A stretch of 64,000 nucleotides of DNA from an uncultured Eubacteriales bacterium (GTDB taxonomy: Bacteria > Bacillota > Clostridia > Oscillospirales > CAG-272). Shown here in pieces: positions 18,433-27,277 of the stretch. Within the stretch, counting starts at the first letter, position 1. Each line of letters begins with the position of its first letter. The position numbers and the translations under genes are program-made. Where the stretch lies: the NCBI GenBank assembly GCA_949747515.1, contig CATKFO010000047.1, forward strand, positions 8,595 to 72,594. Direction: 5' to 3'. The notes under the pieces were generated by a model. That model did not search any database. It had not been told where the DNA came from and worked only from the letters and a program-made list of their open reading frames with translations.

Positions 18433-19149
18433 TTATTCTCGACTACGCTTCGCCTGTGCAGCTTTCCACGGACGATTTTTCTCAGTCCAACCTTTTTCCG
18501 CCCAATATTCTATGTCCGCTTTATTCCAACCGCGCTTCTGCATCTGACGCATAACGGAAAAGAAAAGCTTTGTTTTAAGCGACGGTTTTACACGGCTCTG
18601 TTTTTTTGAAATTTTTCGCGCCAATGAAGAAAGTTTCTTTTCTACGCGAAGTTTTTTCTGTTCGGCTACGCGTTCCCATGATATCTCCGCAACCGCGACG
18701 CCGTATGTATAGACCCTTGCAACGCCCCACCAGAAGGCGCTGTCCGCCATATCCCTATTCGTACTTTTCATACCCGCCCCAGCGGCGGTAGAAATACAGA
18801 CGGCCTGTTTGGAAAACATTTTTTCTTCAGGACGGTGGACCATCCAACGCCAACCGTAATGATCAAGCAAAGCCTTCATCGCGCCGGTCGCATGATAGAC
18901 ATAAACGGGGCTTGCCATAATTAGAACGTCCGCTTCGTCGATCGCGTTTGTTACGGGCGACAGTTTTTCATAATGCGGGCATTTTATCTCAGACTCGACA
19001 AAACAGGCTGAGCATCCGACGCAGAACTCTCCGAAATCTTTAGGCAAAAAGATTTCCGTTATTTCCCCGTTTAGCATTTCCGCCAGACTGCGCGCGATAT
19101 GGTAGGTAGAGCCCTTGTGACTCTGACCGTGTATGACGGTAATTTTCAT
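18433..19149 (-). CDS. Flavodoxin-family / NAD(P)H-dependent FMN reductase-like protein
   Basis: 238 aa. MKITVIHGQSHKGSTY N-terminus and a CVGCSACF Cys cluster, as in iron-sulfur flavoproteins. GGAGG RBS. Confidence 0.7.
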   Translation of the reverse strand: MKITVIHGQSHKGSTYHIARSLAEMLNGEITEIFLPKDFGEFCVGCSACFVESEIKCPHYEKLSPVTNAIDEADVLIMASPVYVYHATGAMKALLDHYGWRWMVHRPEEKMFSKQAVCISTAAGAGMKSTNRDMADSAFWWGVARVYTYGVAVAEISWERVAEQKKLRVEKKLSSLARKISKKQSRVKPSLKTKLFFSVMRQMQKRGWNKADIEYWAEKGWTEKNRPWKAAQAKRSRE

Positions 19150-19282
19150 ATTGAGTCCTCCGATTTATATTTAAATTTAATTTGGTTATCTTCCTTTTTA
19201 AATGTCAAACGCGGCGTAAATATAACGGACGCCTTGCCGTCGCTAAGATAAGCTTTCAATTTTCAATGATGCCTCGCTTAAA

Positions 19283-19322
19283 GGTTTAAACGCCATCCTG
19301 TTTATAATCCGGCGTTTAAACC
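19283..19322. repeat. Perfect 12 bp inverted repeat (hairpin)
   Basis: GGTTTAAACGCC-N16-GGCGTTTAAACC in an AT-rich, ORF-poor 375 bp gap. Confidence 0.8.
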
Positions 19323-19525
19323 TGCATAAAGACCTACAAAGCCGCCGCAAGAGCTTCGATTACTTCGTTCGCGTATTTTTCGTATTTCATACATTTTCCT
19401 TAACCAAATATATTTCTATAAACTCTTTAAACTGACAAAATCTAGTTCATATCCGCCGTCGGAATATTCGACGATCTAGGCTCGACGCCTTTCGTAATAC
19501 CGAAATCCCCCGCATTCTGAAAAAA

Positions 19526-19732
19526 CTAACCTACTTTATTGAAAATAACCGTTTTCTCTTTCATAGATATTTTCTCGACTCTCCAACCATATCCGTTAAG
19601 TTCTTTTTTGAATTTTAAAAAGGAATGGTTTATTGGAAAGCCCGATATTTTTTCAATTTGCTCAAAAGTTAGCTTCATAGATTGTTCTTCGCTTTTGCCT
19701 ATGTACTCCCATAAAGCGTTATATTTGCTCAT
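19526..19732 (-). CDS. Small conserved-looking hypothetical protein
   Basis: 68 aa. KYNALWEYIGKSEEQSMKLTFEQIEKISGFPINHSFLKFKKEL resembles a widespread small domain of the pattern KY..L..YL...LTF.EIE.I.GF.LP. Lies in AT-rich surroundings. Confidence 0.4.
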   Translation of the reverse strand: MSKYNALWEYIGKSEEQSMKLTFEQIEKISGFPINHSFLKFKKELNGYGWRVEKISMKEKTVIFNKVG

Positions 19733-19915
19733 AAACGTTCCTCGCTTTCCTATACGCAGATTATGTTCTGTTAATCTTCAAATATTAACGTCTGTTTTTG
19801 ATCGTATTTTTTTCACATTTATCATATTCTTTGATGAAAAAATACGCGATGCTAAAACGCCTGCGTTTAATGCGGAAGTCCGCATCCATATCGAATAATA
19901 TATAGGGCTAAACTG

Positions 19916-20911
19916 TCACAGAACGAAAGTTAACTCTATCCCAAATCCGCCGTCAAAAGGAATTTGAGACGCAAGCCGTACATCTACGCACAACTTCTCC
20001 GCATATTTAGCGACAAGGTATAATCCCATTCCGGTAGCCTTTTGACGATTCGGACGACTACCTGTAAATCCCTTGTCAAAGATAAAAGGCTTGTCCTCTG
20101 GAGGCGTTCCGTCTCCGTTATTGTAAACGGATAGATAAACTTTGTCTGCGGCGCGCCATGTTTTTATGAGAATTTTCCCATTTTTTTCATCTGAATATTT
20201 TACCGCGTTGCCTACTATCTGAGACAGCATGAAGGAAACCACTTTAAAATCTGAGACGACCTCCGTTTGATCAAGCTCCAAATCGAGGAGAACGCTCTTT
20301 TCTTCCATCAAAGGTCGATATTCTTCGAGCGCCTCAACGGCGCATTCGTCCAGTCGAAATTTAGTAAAACGGATATCTGGATGATCAGCCTGCAGACGCG
20401 CGTAGTACAGTATCCGTTCAACGTCGTCGTTTAACAGGCGATGAATGTAGCGCAGTCTCGTATACACGTACGGCGAAATCTCGTCTTTGTGATTTCCAAG
20501 AATCAAAGCCGAAAGCGAAAGAGGGGTTTTCGCTTCATGCGCCCACGCTTCAATATATTCGCGGTACTCCGTCAGCTCTATAGTTTTTTCGTTTACCAGA
20601 GACAGCTCTGAAAGGAACTGCGAGCAAAGCGCGCGGACCGTTTCGCTATAGTCGAATCGCCGCAAAAGATTTTCTTTTGTCCGATCATTCGGAGCGGATA
20701 AAAAGTCGAGCAAAACAGTTTCGTCCTTTCGCCGCATGCAAAATTCTGCGAATAATCCGACTGCAAGAGCAAGCGACGTAAACAGAAAAATAAATAAAGA
20801 CATATATCGGAGAGCTTCTCTGCGTATAATCCATGTCGAAAAGATAAAGGCGGCGTCTGTCGCCAGAAGCAGTATTATCCAATGCCTCGCTCGCCTTATA
20901 AACCGCTTCAT
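19916..20911 (-). CDS. Intramembrane-sensing histidine kinase (BceS-like)
   Basis: 331 aa. Two N-terminal TM helices with almost no external loop, an H-box (WAHEAKTPLS) and HATPase N/G boxes. Confidence 0.85.
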   Translation of the reverse strand: MKRFIRRARHWIILLLATDAAFIFSTWIIRREALRYMSLFIFLFTSLALAVGLFAEFCMRRKDETVLLDFLSAPNDRTKENLLRRFDYSETVRALCSQFLSELSLVNEKTIELTEYREYIEAWAHEAKTPLSLSALILGNHKDEISPYVYTRLRYIHRLLNDDVERILYYARLQADHPDIRFTKFRLDECAVEALEEYRPLMEEKSVLLDLELDQTEVVSDFKVVSFMLSQIVGNAVKYSDEKNGKILIKTWRAADKVYLSVYNNGDGTPPEDKPFIFDKGFTGSRPNRQKATGMGLYLVAKYAEKLCVDVRLASQIPFDGGFGIELTFVL

Positions 20912-21585
20912 ACTCCGCTCACCTCTAAAACATATCCTTTGCCTCTTATATTGCGGACGATATTCTCCATCCCAATTCCCGACAGGCTTTTTCTGAGCCT
21001 GCTCATATTTACCTGCAGGATATTTTCATCGATAAATTCTTCCGTTCCCCAAACAGAGGAAAATAAATCGCTTTTGCTTACAATATCAGGATACGATTCC
21101 ATCAGCATACGCATAATTTTCCCCTCCGTCTCCGCAAGAATCAAAAATTTATCCGCGCAAACCAGCTTGTAAGTATCGACGTCTAAAGACAGCGCGCCGA
21201 CTCGAAGCAAGGCACGGAGCTGTTTGTCGTATGTTTGAAGCAGCCGCTCCGCTCTTGCAATCAAGCGTTCCGGGCGGCACGGCTTTGCGAGAAAATCATC
21301 GGCACCCAAGCCAAGCGCAGTAAGCTCGTCGGAAAGAGTATCCCGCGCCGTTAGAATCAGGATCGGGAAGGAAGCCTTTATCTTGAGATTTTTACATAAC
21401 TCGTAGCCGGATTTTCCGGGAAGATTCACATCGAGTATGACAAGGGCGGGACGCATTCGCGCAATAGCTTCCTCCGCGTTTTCAAACGAGGTAAGCGCCT
21501 CCGCTTCATATCCGGCCTTTTTTAAGGTGTGTATCAATTCTTCACGAAGATAAATATCGTCCTCCGCGATCACGATTCTAAGCAC
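20908..21585 (-). CDS. OmpR-family response regulator (BceR-like)
   Basis: 225 aa. Receiver domain (VILDVNLPGKSG) and a winged-helix C-domain (VRNIRGKGYVL). Overlaps the kinase start by 4 nt. Confidence 0.9.
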   Translation of the reverse strand: MLRIVIAEDDIYLREELIHTLKKAGYEAEALTSFENAEEAIARMRPALVILDVNLPGKSGYELCKNLKIKASFPILILTARDTLSDELTALGLGADDFLAKPCRPERLIARAERLLQTYDKQLRALLRVGALSLDVDTYKLVCADKFLILAETEGKIMRMLMESYPDIVSKSDLFSSVWGTEEFIDENILQVNMSRLRKSLSGIGMENIVRNIRGKGYVLEVSGV

Positions 21586-21589
21586 AAAA

Positions 21590-23620
21590 TCATCTCCTAT
21601 TTGTTATGTCGATCCGGCGTATCTCGCGGATAGCCGTTCGTTTGACAATTCCGATATAAAGAATTTCAATGATTGCAAAAATCGCCAGCGCCCCGACGGA
21701 AAACGCCGCCGTTCTCTGCAAAGACGCTCCCTCCGGCAGTTTTGTAAAGCTTGTAAACATTGTGTATATCGCCGCCGCGCTGCTAACGACGGCCACGCAG
21801 AGAGCCAGTGAAAAATAGCTTCCGATCTGTTTTTTTACCGAGCCGCTCATTAATTCCATATCGGCGCCCAGCATTGTAAGCGTTTCATAACGACGTCTCG
21901 TTTGACGCTGTCCGATCAAATACTTCATTCCTATGACCGTGTTGGCGATCAACCAGAACAATGCGCCGAGATAAATTGTAAGATAACTCGCGGCCACCGT
22001 GTAGAATAAATTCCGCCCGATCCCGCCGAGATAGCTGTCGTATTCTATTCCCGCGTCCGCCAAAAGCGCGTCCATTTTCTGAACCGCCTGCATCAGTCCC
22101 ATATCTTCAACTATCGTATCGGTCAAGCGAACATTCCGGCAGTATGCTTCGCGCTCCCTTGCAACCTCTGTGAAAAGTTCGTCTGGTACGATCAAGGCCA
22201 TATAAAGCGTAATCGCCCGATCAGCTACGACATTATCATAATATAGAGTGGGAAGAAGCTCGTAATCCGTTCCGTCTATACCGATAGACGCTCCTTTTTT
22301 CAAGGCTTTTCCCAATATCGAACCAAAATCTCCTTCATTTGCAAGAGAAGTATATATCGCGGCCTTGCGCCCCTCCAGATTGATTTCTTCCTTTCCTACG
22401 CCTTCTAAAATTTTATTATAGGAGCTTTCTGAAATCACATACTCGATGTGAAGATTTTCGATAATGTTATCCGAGCCTTCGACGGAACCGAGCGCTTCCT
22501 CGAGTTTCGAGGCGTCGAACGCCTTATCTTCATCGCGGAAATATCCGTCTTTTATTACAGACAGGCGCAGCGGATACGAATCATTTACCATTTCATGAAC
22601 GTCGTCGCTCTCCAAAACAGCGTCGATTTTTTCGTCCTCTCCGAATATGGAAAAATCAACGGAACGACCGTCTACGGATCGAGCGAGACCCATAGAAACG
22701 CCGTATGAAACGCAGGAAAGAGCCGTCAGCAGCAGAAGCGAAGATACCGCCAGCGACTTATGCTGAGACAGAACGTTTTCCTGAACTTGCCTTGCGGTAA
22801 AAGTCTGAAGTCCTGTAGCGTTTGGAGCTTTTCGACGTATATACCTCCCAAGAAGGCCGCCGAGTCCGCGGTACAGCAGAAACGTGCCGAGAATACCGCA
22901 TATAATTATACACAGCATGACGGCCATATTCAATGTTCTCATTCTAAAAATTCCAAAATAATACGCAAGGGACAAAAACACGATACCTACAGCAAAAATC
23001 GCCGCGCTCTTCGAACAGGACAAAATCGTCTGTTTTTTTGCGTCGTCGGAACGGAGAAGGTCCGCAGGCTCCGCCTTACCAAGATCAATGCAGATGATCA
23101 TCATAGACAAAAGCTGTACGAGAACATATCCGCACACTGTCCAGAGTATCGCATACGGTGAAAAGGAGAAGCGATGTCCTATAATGCCGAGTCCAACTAC
23201 TTTAGCCGTGACAAGGCTAATCCCTTCGGTTAATAACAGCGACGCGGGAAGTCCGATCAACAACGAGATCACGCTATTCCACAACGTTTCACAAAACAGC
23301 ATTGAAAACAGGCGTCCTCGCTTCATTCCCAGCATCAGATACATTCCGAGTTCACGCCTGCGGCTGTCCGTCTGATATTTGCAGGCGAAATACACAAGAA
23401 AAAACACAAAAAATAATGAAATTCCATATACAATGGGAAGAAGCGTCATAAGCTTTTCAACCGCCTCGCTTTCTATTGTAGCGAGATAACGCGTAACATC
23501 CTGCTCTCCGAGGGAAAGCAGCGTATAAAACGCCGCTATCGCAATCGCCAGAGAGCCGAAAAACAGACCGTTCCCTTTTCTGTTTTTTGCGGCGTTCCGC
23601 CGAATCTGTTTAAAGAACAT
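21590..23620 (-). CDS. FtsX-family ABC permease (BceB-like, 10-TM with large external domain)
   Basis: Preferred start is ATG at 23620 ([15 protein letters not shown]) with GGAGGAGG 8 nt upstream, overlapping the ATPase stop. Large loop between TM7 and TM8. Confidence 0.85.
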   Translation of the reverse strand: MFFKQIRRNAAKNRKGNGLFFGSLAIAIAAFYTLLSLGEQDVTRYLATIESEAVEKLMTLLPIVYGISLFFVFFLVYFACKYQTDSRRRELGMYLMLGMKRGRLFSMLFCETLWNSVISLLIGLPASLLLTEGISLVTAKVVGLGIIGHRFSFSPYAILWTVCGYVLVQLLSMMIICIDLGKAEPADLLRSDDAKKQTILSCSKSAAIFAVGIVFLSLAYYFGIFRMRTLNMAVMLCIIICGILGTFLLYRGLGGLLGRYIRRKAPNATGLQTFTARQVQENVLSQHKSLAVSSLLLLTALSCVSYGVSMGLARSVDGRSVDFSIFGEDEKIDAVLESDDVHEMVNDSYPLRLSVIKDGYFRDEDKAFDASKLEEALGSVEGSDNIIENLHIEYVISESSYNKILEGVGKEEINLEGRKAAIYTSLANEGDFGSILGKALKKGASIGIDGTDYELLPTLYYDNVVADRAITLYMALIVPDELFTEVAREREAYCRNVRLTDTIVEDMGLMQAVQKMDALLADAGIEYDSYLGGIGRNLFYTVAASYLTIYLGALFWLIANTVIGMKYLIGQRQTRRRYETLTMLGADMELMSGSVKKQIGSYFSLALCVAVVSSAAAIYTMFTSFTKLPEGASLQRTAAFSVGALAIFAIIEILYIGIVKRTAIREIRRIDITNRR

Positions 23621-24392
23621 TAGCGGAGCCTCCTCCCAACTGAGCCATAACATTCGCAATACGGTCGTAGAAATCCGACGTAGATTCGGTACTTATATTT
23701 CTCCTCAGTTCATGGAAAATACGTCCGTCCTGAATAAAGAGAATTCGCGAGCAATAGCTTGCGGCGTTGGCGTCGTGAGTTACCATCATTATCGTTTTGC
23801 GCTGTTCGCGGTTGATCGCCTCCAGCTTGTCCATCAGCGTTTTAGAGTTTTTGCTGTCCAGAGCTCCGGTGGGTTCGTCTGCAAGAACGATATCTGGATC
23901 TGAAATCAACGCTCTTGCCGCCGCCACGCGCTGCTTTTGTCCTCCGGAAAGCTGAGTCGGAAATTTATCAAGCTCTCCGGCGATATCAAGCATTGCCGCA
24001 AGCGCTTCAATATCGGATTTTGCTTTTTTCGCCGAAACGCCGTGCAGAAACAACGGAAGCGTTATGTTTTCTCTTGCCGTAAGATTTTCAAGAAGCTCGA
24101 ATTCCTGAAACAGATATCCGATTTTTTTACCTCGATAGTCCGCAAGTTCTCCGCCGCTAAAACCGGCGACGTTCTTCCCTTTAAGAATAATTTTTCCGGA
24201 CGTAGGTTTAAGCATAGTTGCGATACAATTAAGCAACGTGGTCTTTCCAGAACCGCTGGCGCCCATAATTCCTAAAAATTCGCCCTCCAATACGTTAAAG
24301 GCGATTCCTTTCAGGGCCTCAGTTTTGTTTTCGCCTCTGCCATAAATTTTCGTAAGGCTTTCCACCTGTAAAATCTGATTTCGCATGTTCAT
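23610..24392 (-). CDS. ABC transporter ATP-binding protein (BceA-like)
   Basis: Walker [10 protein letters not shown], signature LSGGQKQR and Walker [12 protein letters not shown]. Preferred start is ATG at 24392 (MNMRNQIL) with GGAGG 8 nt upstream. Confidence 0.9.
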   Translation of the reverse strand: MNMRNQILQVESLTKIYGRGENKTEALKGIAFNVLEGEFLGIMGASGSGKTTLLNCIATMLKPTSGKIILKGKNVAGFSGGELADYRGKKIGYLFQEFELLENLTARENITLPLFLHGVSAKKAKSDIEALAAMLDIAGELDKFPTQLSGGQKQRVAAARALISDPDIVLADEPTGALDSKNSKTLMDKLEAINREQRKTIMMVTHDANAASYCSRILFIQDGRIFHELRRNISTESTSDFYDRIANVMAQLGGGSANVL

Positions 24393-24420
24393 AAGCGATT
24401 CCTCCTTCGTTTCTGATAAC

Positions 24421-24464
24421 AGTATATCAGATGAAACTCGCAAATACCACTTACAGACATCGTA
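24421..24464 (-). promoter_or_regulatory. Candidate regulator-dependent promoter with inverted repeat upstream of the ABC genes
   Basis: Minus strand has CTTAC-N7-GTAAG (24464..24448) directly abutting a poor -35. Then 17 nt and TGaTATACT, an extended -10 at 24426..24421. Confidence 0.4.
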
Positions 24465-24675
24465 AGGTTTCCTCATCTGTTTGTCGACTCAATTTGCTCT
24501 TTTTATCATTCAATCCATCTTTTTCCGATATATGTGAATTAGCCGAAGCTAAGAAATAAATCCTATCTACATTATATTTTGTTTACTTGAAGAATGCAAG
24601 GAGATAAATATGTTATTAAAAAAACGCTTGGAGTATGAATTCAGAGGATCGAAAAAACGGACAAAGACAAGAAAG

Positions 24676-24711
24676 CCCTCCTATGGTAGAATATGAAAAA
24701 CCATAGGAGGG
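24676..24711. terminator. Perfect 11 bp hairpin, terminator-like in both orientations
   Basis: CCCTCCTATGG-N14-CCATAGGAGGG. The minus strand is followed by CTTTCTTGTCTTTG (downstream of the GNAT gene) and the plus strand by AATTTTCC. Confidence 0.5.
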
Positions 24712-24839
24712 AATTTTCCGGGGAGGAATCAACTGATTTGTATTTTTTATTTTACTTTGCTTATCTAAGTCAAACAAAACGCATTTTGGAAACACAATTA
24801 TCAGTATAAAAAGATAGCGTAAAGTTTTAATTCTTATTT

Positions 24840-25388
24840 TTAATGAAATTCAACAAATTCTTCCTTTAACAGACCTGTAATGCATTCGTCTACATATTCG
24901 TTAGTCGCTAAACATAAAAACCTTTTTCTTTTAATTCCCTCGTTTTTAAATCCCAGCTTTTGCTGCATTTTTTCTGATTGATAGTTACCTGGAAAATACC
25001 CATTTTCCATTCTTCTCAAACCTAGCTCTTCGAAGGCATATTTAATTTTTATAGAAAACGCTTCAGTTCCATAGCCGTTCTTTTGATATTTTTCGTTGAT
25101 CCATATCCCTCCGCCCGCGGTTCCATGTCTTTTATTTATCGATTCTATAGACGTTCCGCCTATCGCTTTATTATTTTCTTTAAGGACGATTGCCAGCATG
25201 ATATCTCCTGTATTTTCTGCAATATGCTTTGCATAGTAAATAAAGCCTTCCGCATCGCATTTTGTATAAGGGAAAGGAACTGTGGCTAGCCATTTTGAAA
25301 CGTTTATATTATTTAATCCTTCTACCAAATCATCTGCATCTGAATCCTCCCAGTTTCTTAAGAGGATTCTTTCGCCTTCTATTATCAA
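24840..25388 (-). CDS. GNAT family N-acetyltransferase (RimJ/RimL-like)
   Basis: 182 aa. GERILLRNWEDSDADDL N-terminus and QKNGYGTEA acetyl-CoA loop. Visibly AT-rich compared with its neighbours. Confidence 0.85.
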   Translation of the reverse strand: MIIEGERILLRNWEDSDADDLVEGLNNINVSKWLATVPFPYTKCDAEGFIYYAKHIAENTGDIMLAIVLKENNKAIGGTSIESINKRHGTAGGGIWINEKYQKNGYGTEAFSIKIKYAFEELGLRRMENGYFPGNYQSEKMQQKLGFKNEGIKRKRFLCLATNEYVDECITGLLKEEFVEFH

Positions 25389-25626
25389 TCAATCCGTTCC
25401 GCTCTGAATTATATGACGCGCAATTTGATGCAAATACTTCTAACGAATCATTTATCATATTAAGCGATATTTAGTTACCTCTCCGGCTCTCCGAACAGTA
25501 TTTGCATAAAATCCCCGTCGGTAAAGCGCACGGATAATAGTCTAATTTTCGATTTGGTAAAACGCCGTATAATTACGCAGACCAAAAATTGGTATTCTGT
25601 TTCAAAATCTACGAAGGAACAAACAT

Positions 25627-26067
25627 TCATAAAAATGAAGCGATATTTTCAAAGTCTGCTCCATCCGTAAGGTAATATCCGTGTAAAATAATATTGTAAA
25701 ACCGCAAACTTTTTTCTAAATGTATGCAAACCGCCGCTTTATGAGAAAAATCGCGCTCTTTTCCTCCGCGAAGAACAATTATAACCTCTTCTGACGAGTT
25801 CGATTTACAGAACTCTAAAATCTTTTCCGATAATTTACAGGGATAAAGCAACAGTTTTGCCGTTAGCAATAATTCGGCCGGCAAATAGCGTCTTCCTTTG
25901 CGTCTCAACGCGATAATAAGAATAGTATCGTCCGGCTTTCCCGCCATTCGTGAAGCGGAATATAAGCCTGTTTTTATCGGATCGAAGCCTATTCCCGCCC
26001 TTACTCCTTCAGACAAAACGCGCAGTCCGACGATTTCCCTGATTTTATCCGACGCGTCTTTATTCAA
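25627..26067 (-). CDS. Hypothetical protein
   Basis: 146 aa with no motif I recognise. TTG start overlaps the stop of the upstream oxidoreductase, and the first in-frame ATG is 40 codons in. No clear SD. Confidence 0.35.
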   Translation of the reverse strand: MNKDASDKIREIVGLRVLSEGVRAGIGFDPIKTGLYSASRMAGKPDDTILIIALRRKGRRYLPAELLLTAKLLLYPCKLSEKILEFCKSNSSEEVIIVLRGGKERDFSHKAAVCIHLEKSLRFYNIILHGYYLTDGADFENIASFL

Positions 26068-27137
26068 ACTATGTCGACCGGCCGGGAGGCTTCAGAAGAC
26101 TTAAAGGCGGCTTCAATAACCTTGAGCGTCGTCATAACCTGTTCGTGAGTAACGATCATTTCCGCTTTTCCATCGATAGTGTCGAAAATATTTTTATACA
26201 AGAAAGCCGCCCAGTCCTGAGGAGGCGCAAATCCGTCGTCGGGATAACTTACGCGAGTAAGGTTTTCGCTCAAACGCTCCTGATTGCGTACGTACGCGCC
26301 CTGAGGGCCGTAAACGTCCGCGGGCAGTTCTTCCCAATGCGAATCGGTCGAATATCTAAACGTACCGCTATCGCCGTACAGCTCGTCTATCCAAAGCGTT
26401 CCCTTTTCGCCATAGACGGACCAACGAGGAAGGGGAGCAAGGAACGAGCCTGAAACCGTAACTCTTGCTTTAACTCCGCTTTCAAAGGTCATTTCAACCG
26501 TCGTTCTGTCGTCCGCGTCTTTATTCTTCTCGTATCTCATGTCGGCGTATACGGTTTTTACCGGCTCGTTCATCATATACACGATCTGATCTATCAAATG
26601 CACGCCCCAATCGTATAATATTCCTCCCGCATGATCCCTAAAAGCTCTCCAGCCGAACAGGGTGCCTCCGCAGAAATTACTTTCAATATTGTAGAGCTTT
26701 CCAAAACGTCCGGTATCGTAAGCGTGCTTAACGATCATAAAATCACGGTCAAAGCGCCGGTTCTGGTGGATAAACAGAAATTTCCCGGTTTCTTCTGATA
26801 CCCTTATCATTTCTGAAAATTCCTCCGGAGACATGGCGGCCGGTTTTTCACAGACAACGTGCTTTCCAGCTCTCAAAGCGCGGCATGTCATCTCGCAATG
26901 GAAATTGTTCGCGCAGGCTACGACTACCACGTCGAAGTCGTCGCTTGCAAGAAAGTCCTCTACGTTATCGTAAGCCTTCATTCCTCTTTGAGCGGCAAGC
27001 TCTCGTCTGGACTGCCTGACATCATATACCGCGACGGGGGCAAGATCGTCGCACACGTCCGATCTGTCCTTCATCACCTCCCAGTGATATCCGCCTCCCA
27101 TTTCTCCATATCCGATGAATCCTACTCTGTGTTTCAT
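26064..27137 (-). CDS. Gfo/Idh/MocA family oxidoreductase
   Basis: 357 aa. N-terminal Rossmann VGFIGYGEMG and the EKP motif (VVCEKPAA). Confidence 0.85.
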   Translation of the reverse strand: MKHRVGFIGYGEMGGGYHWEVMKDRSDVCDDLAPVAVYDVRQSRRELAAQRGMKAYDNVEDFLASDDFDVVVVACANNFHCEMTCRALRAGKHVVCEKPAAMSPEEFSEMIRVSEETGKFLFIHQNRRFDRDFMIVKHAYDTGRFGKLYNIESNFCGGTLFGWRAFRDHAGGILYDWGVHLIDQIVYMMNEPVKTVYADMRYEKNKDADDRTTVEMTFESGVKARVTVSGSFLAPLPRWSVYGEKGTLWIDELYGDSGTFRYSTDSHWEELPADVYGPQGAYVRNQERLSENLTRVSYPDDGFAPPQDWAAFLYKNIFDTIDGKAEMIVTHEQVMTTLKVIEAAFKSSEASRPVDIV

Positions 27138-27277
27138 AGTATTCTACCGACCCTTTCAGCCGCTCCGATAAACAAACGCGAATATCCCGAAACGGCGTTA
27201 ATATTGTTTATTTTAATATTCAGGCTATTTTAAAGCCATTATTGTTTCGCCGTCAAACAACGACGCGCGCCATACGT

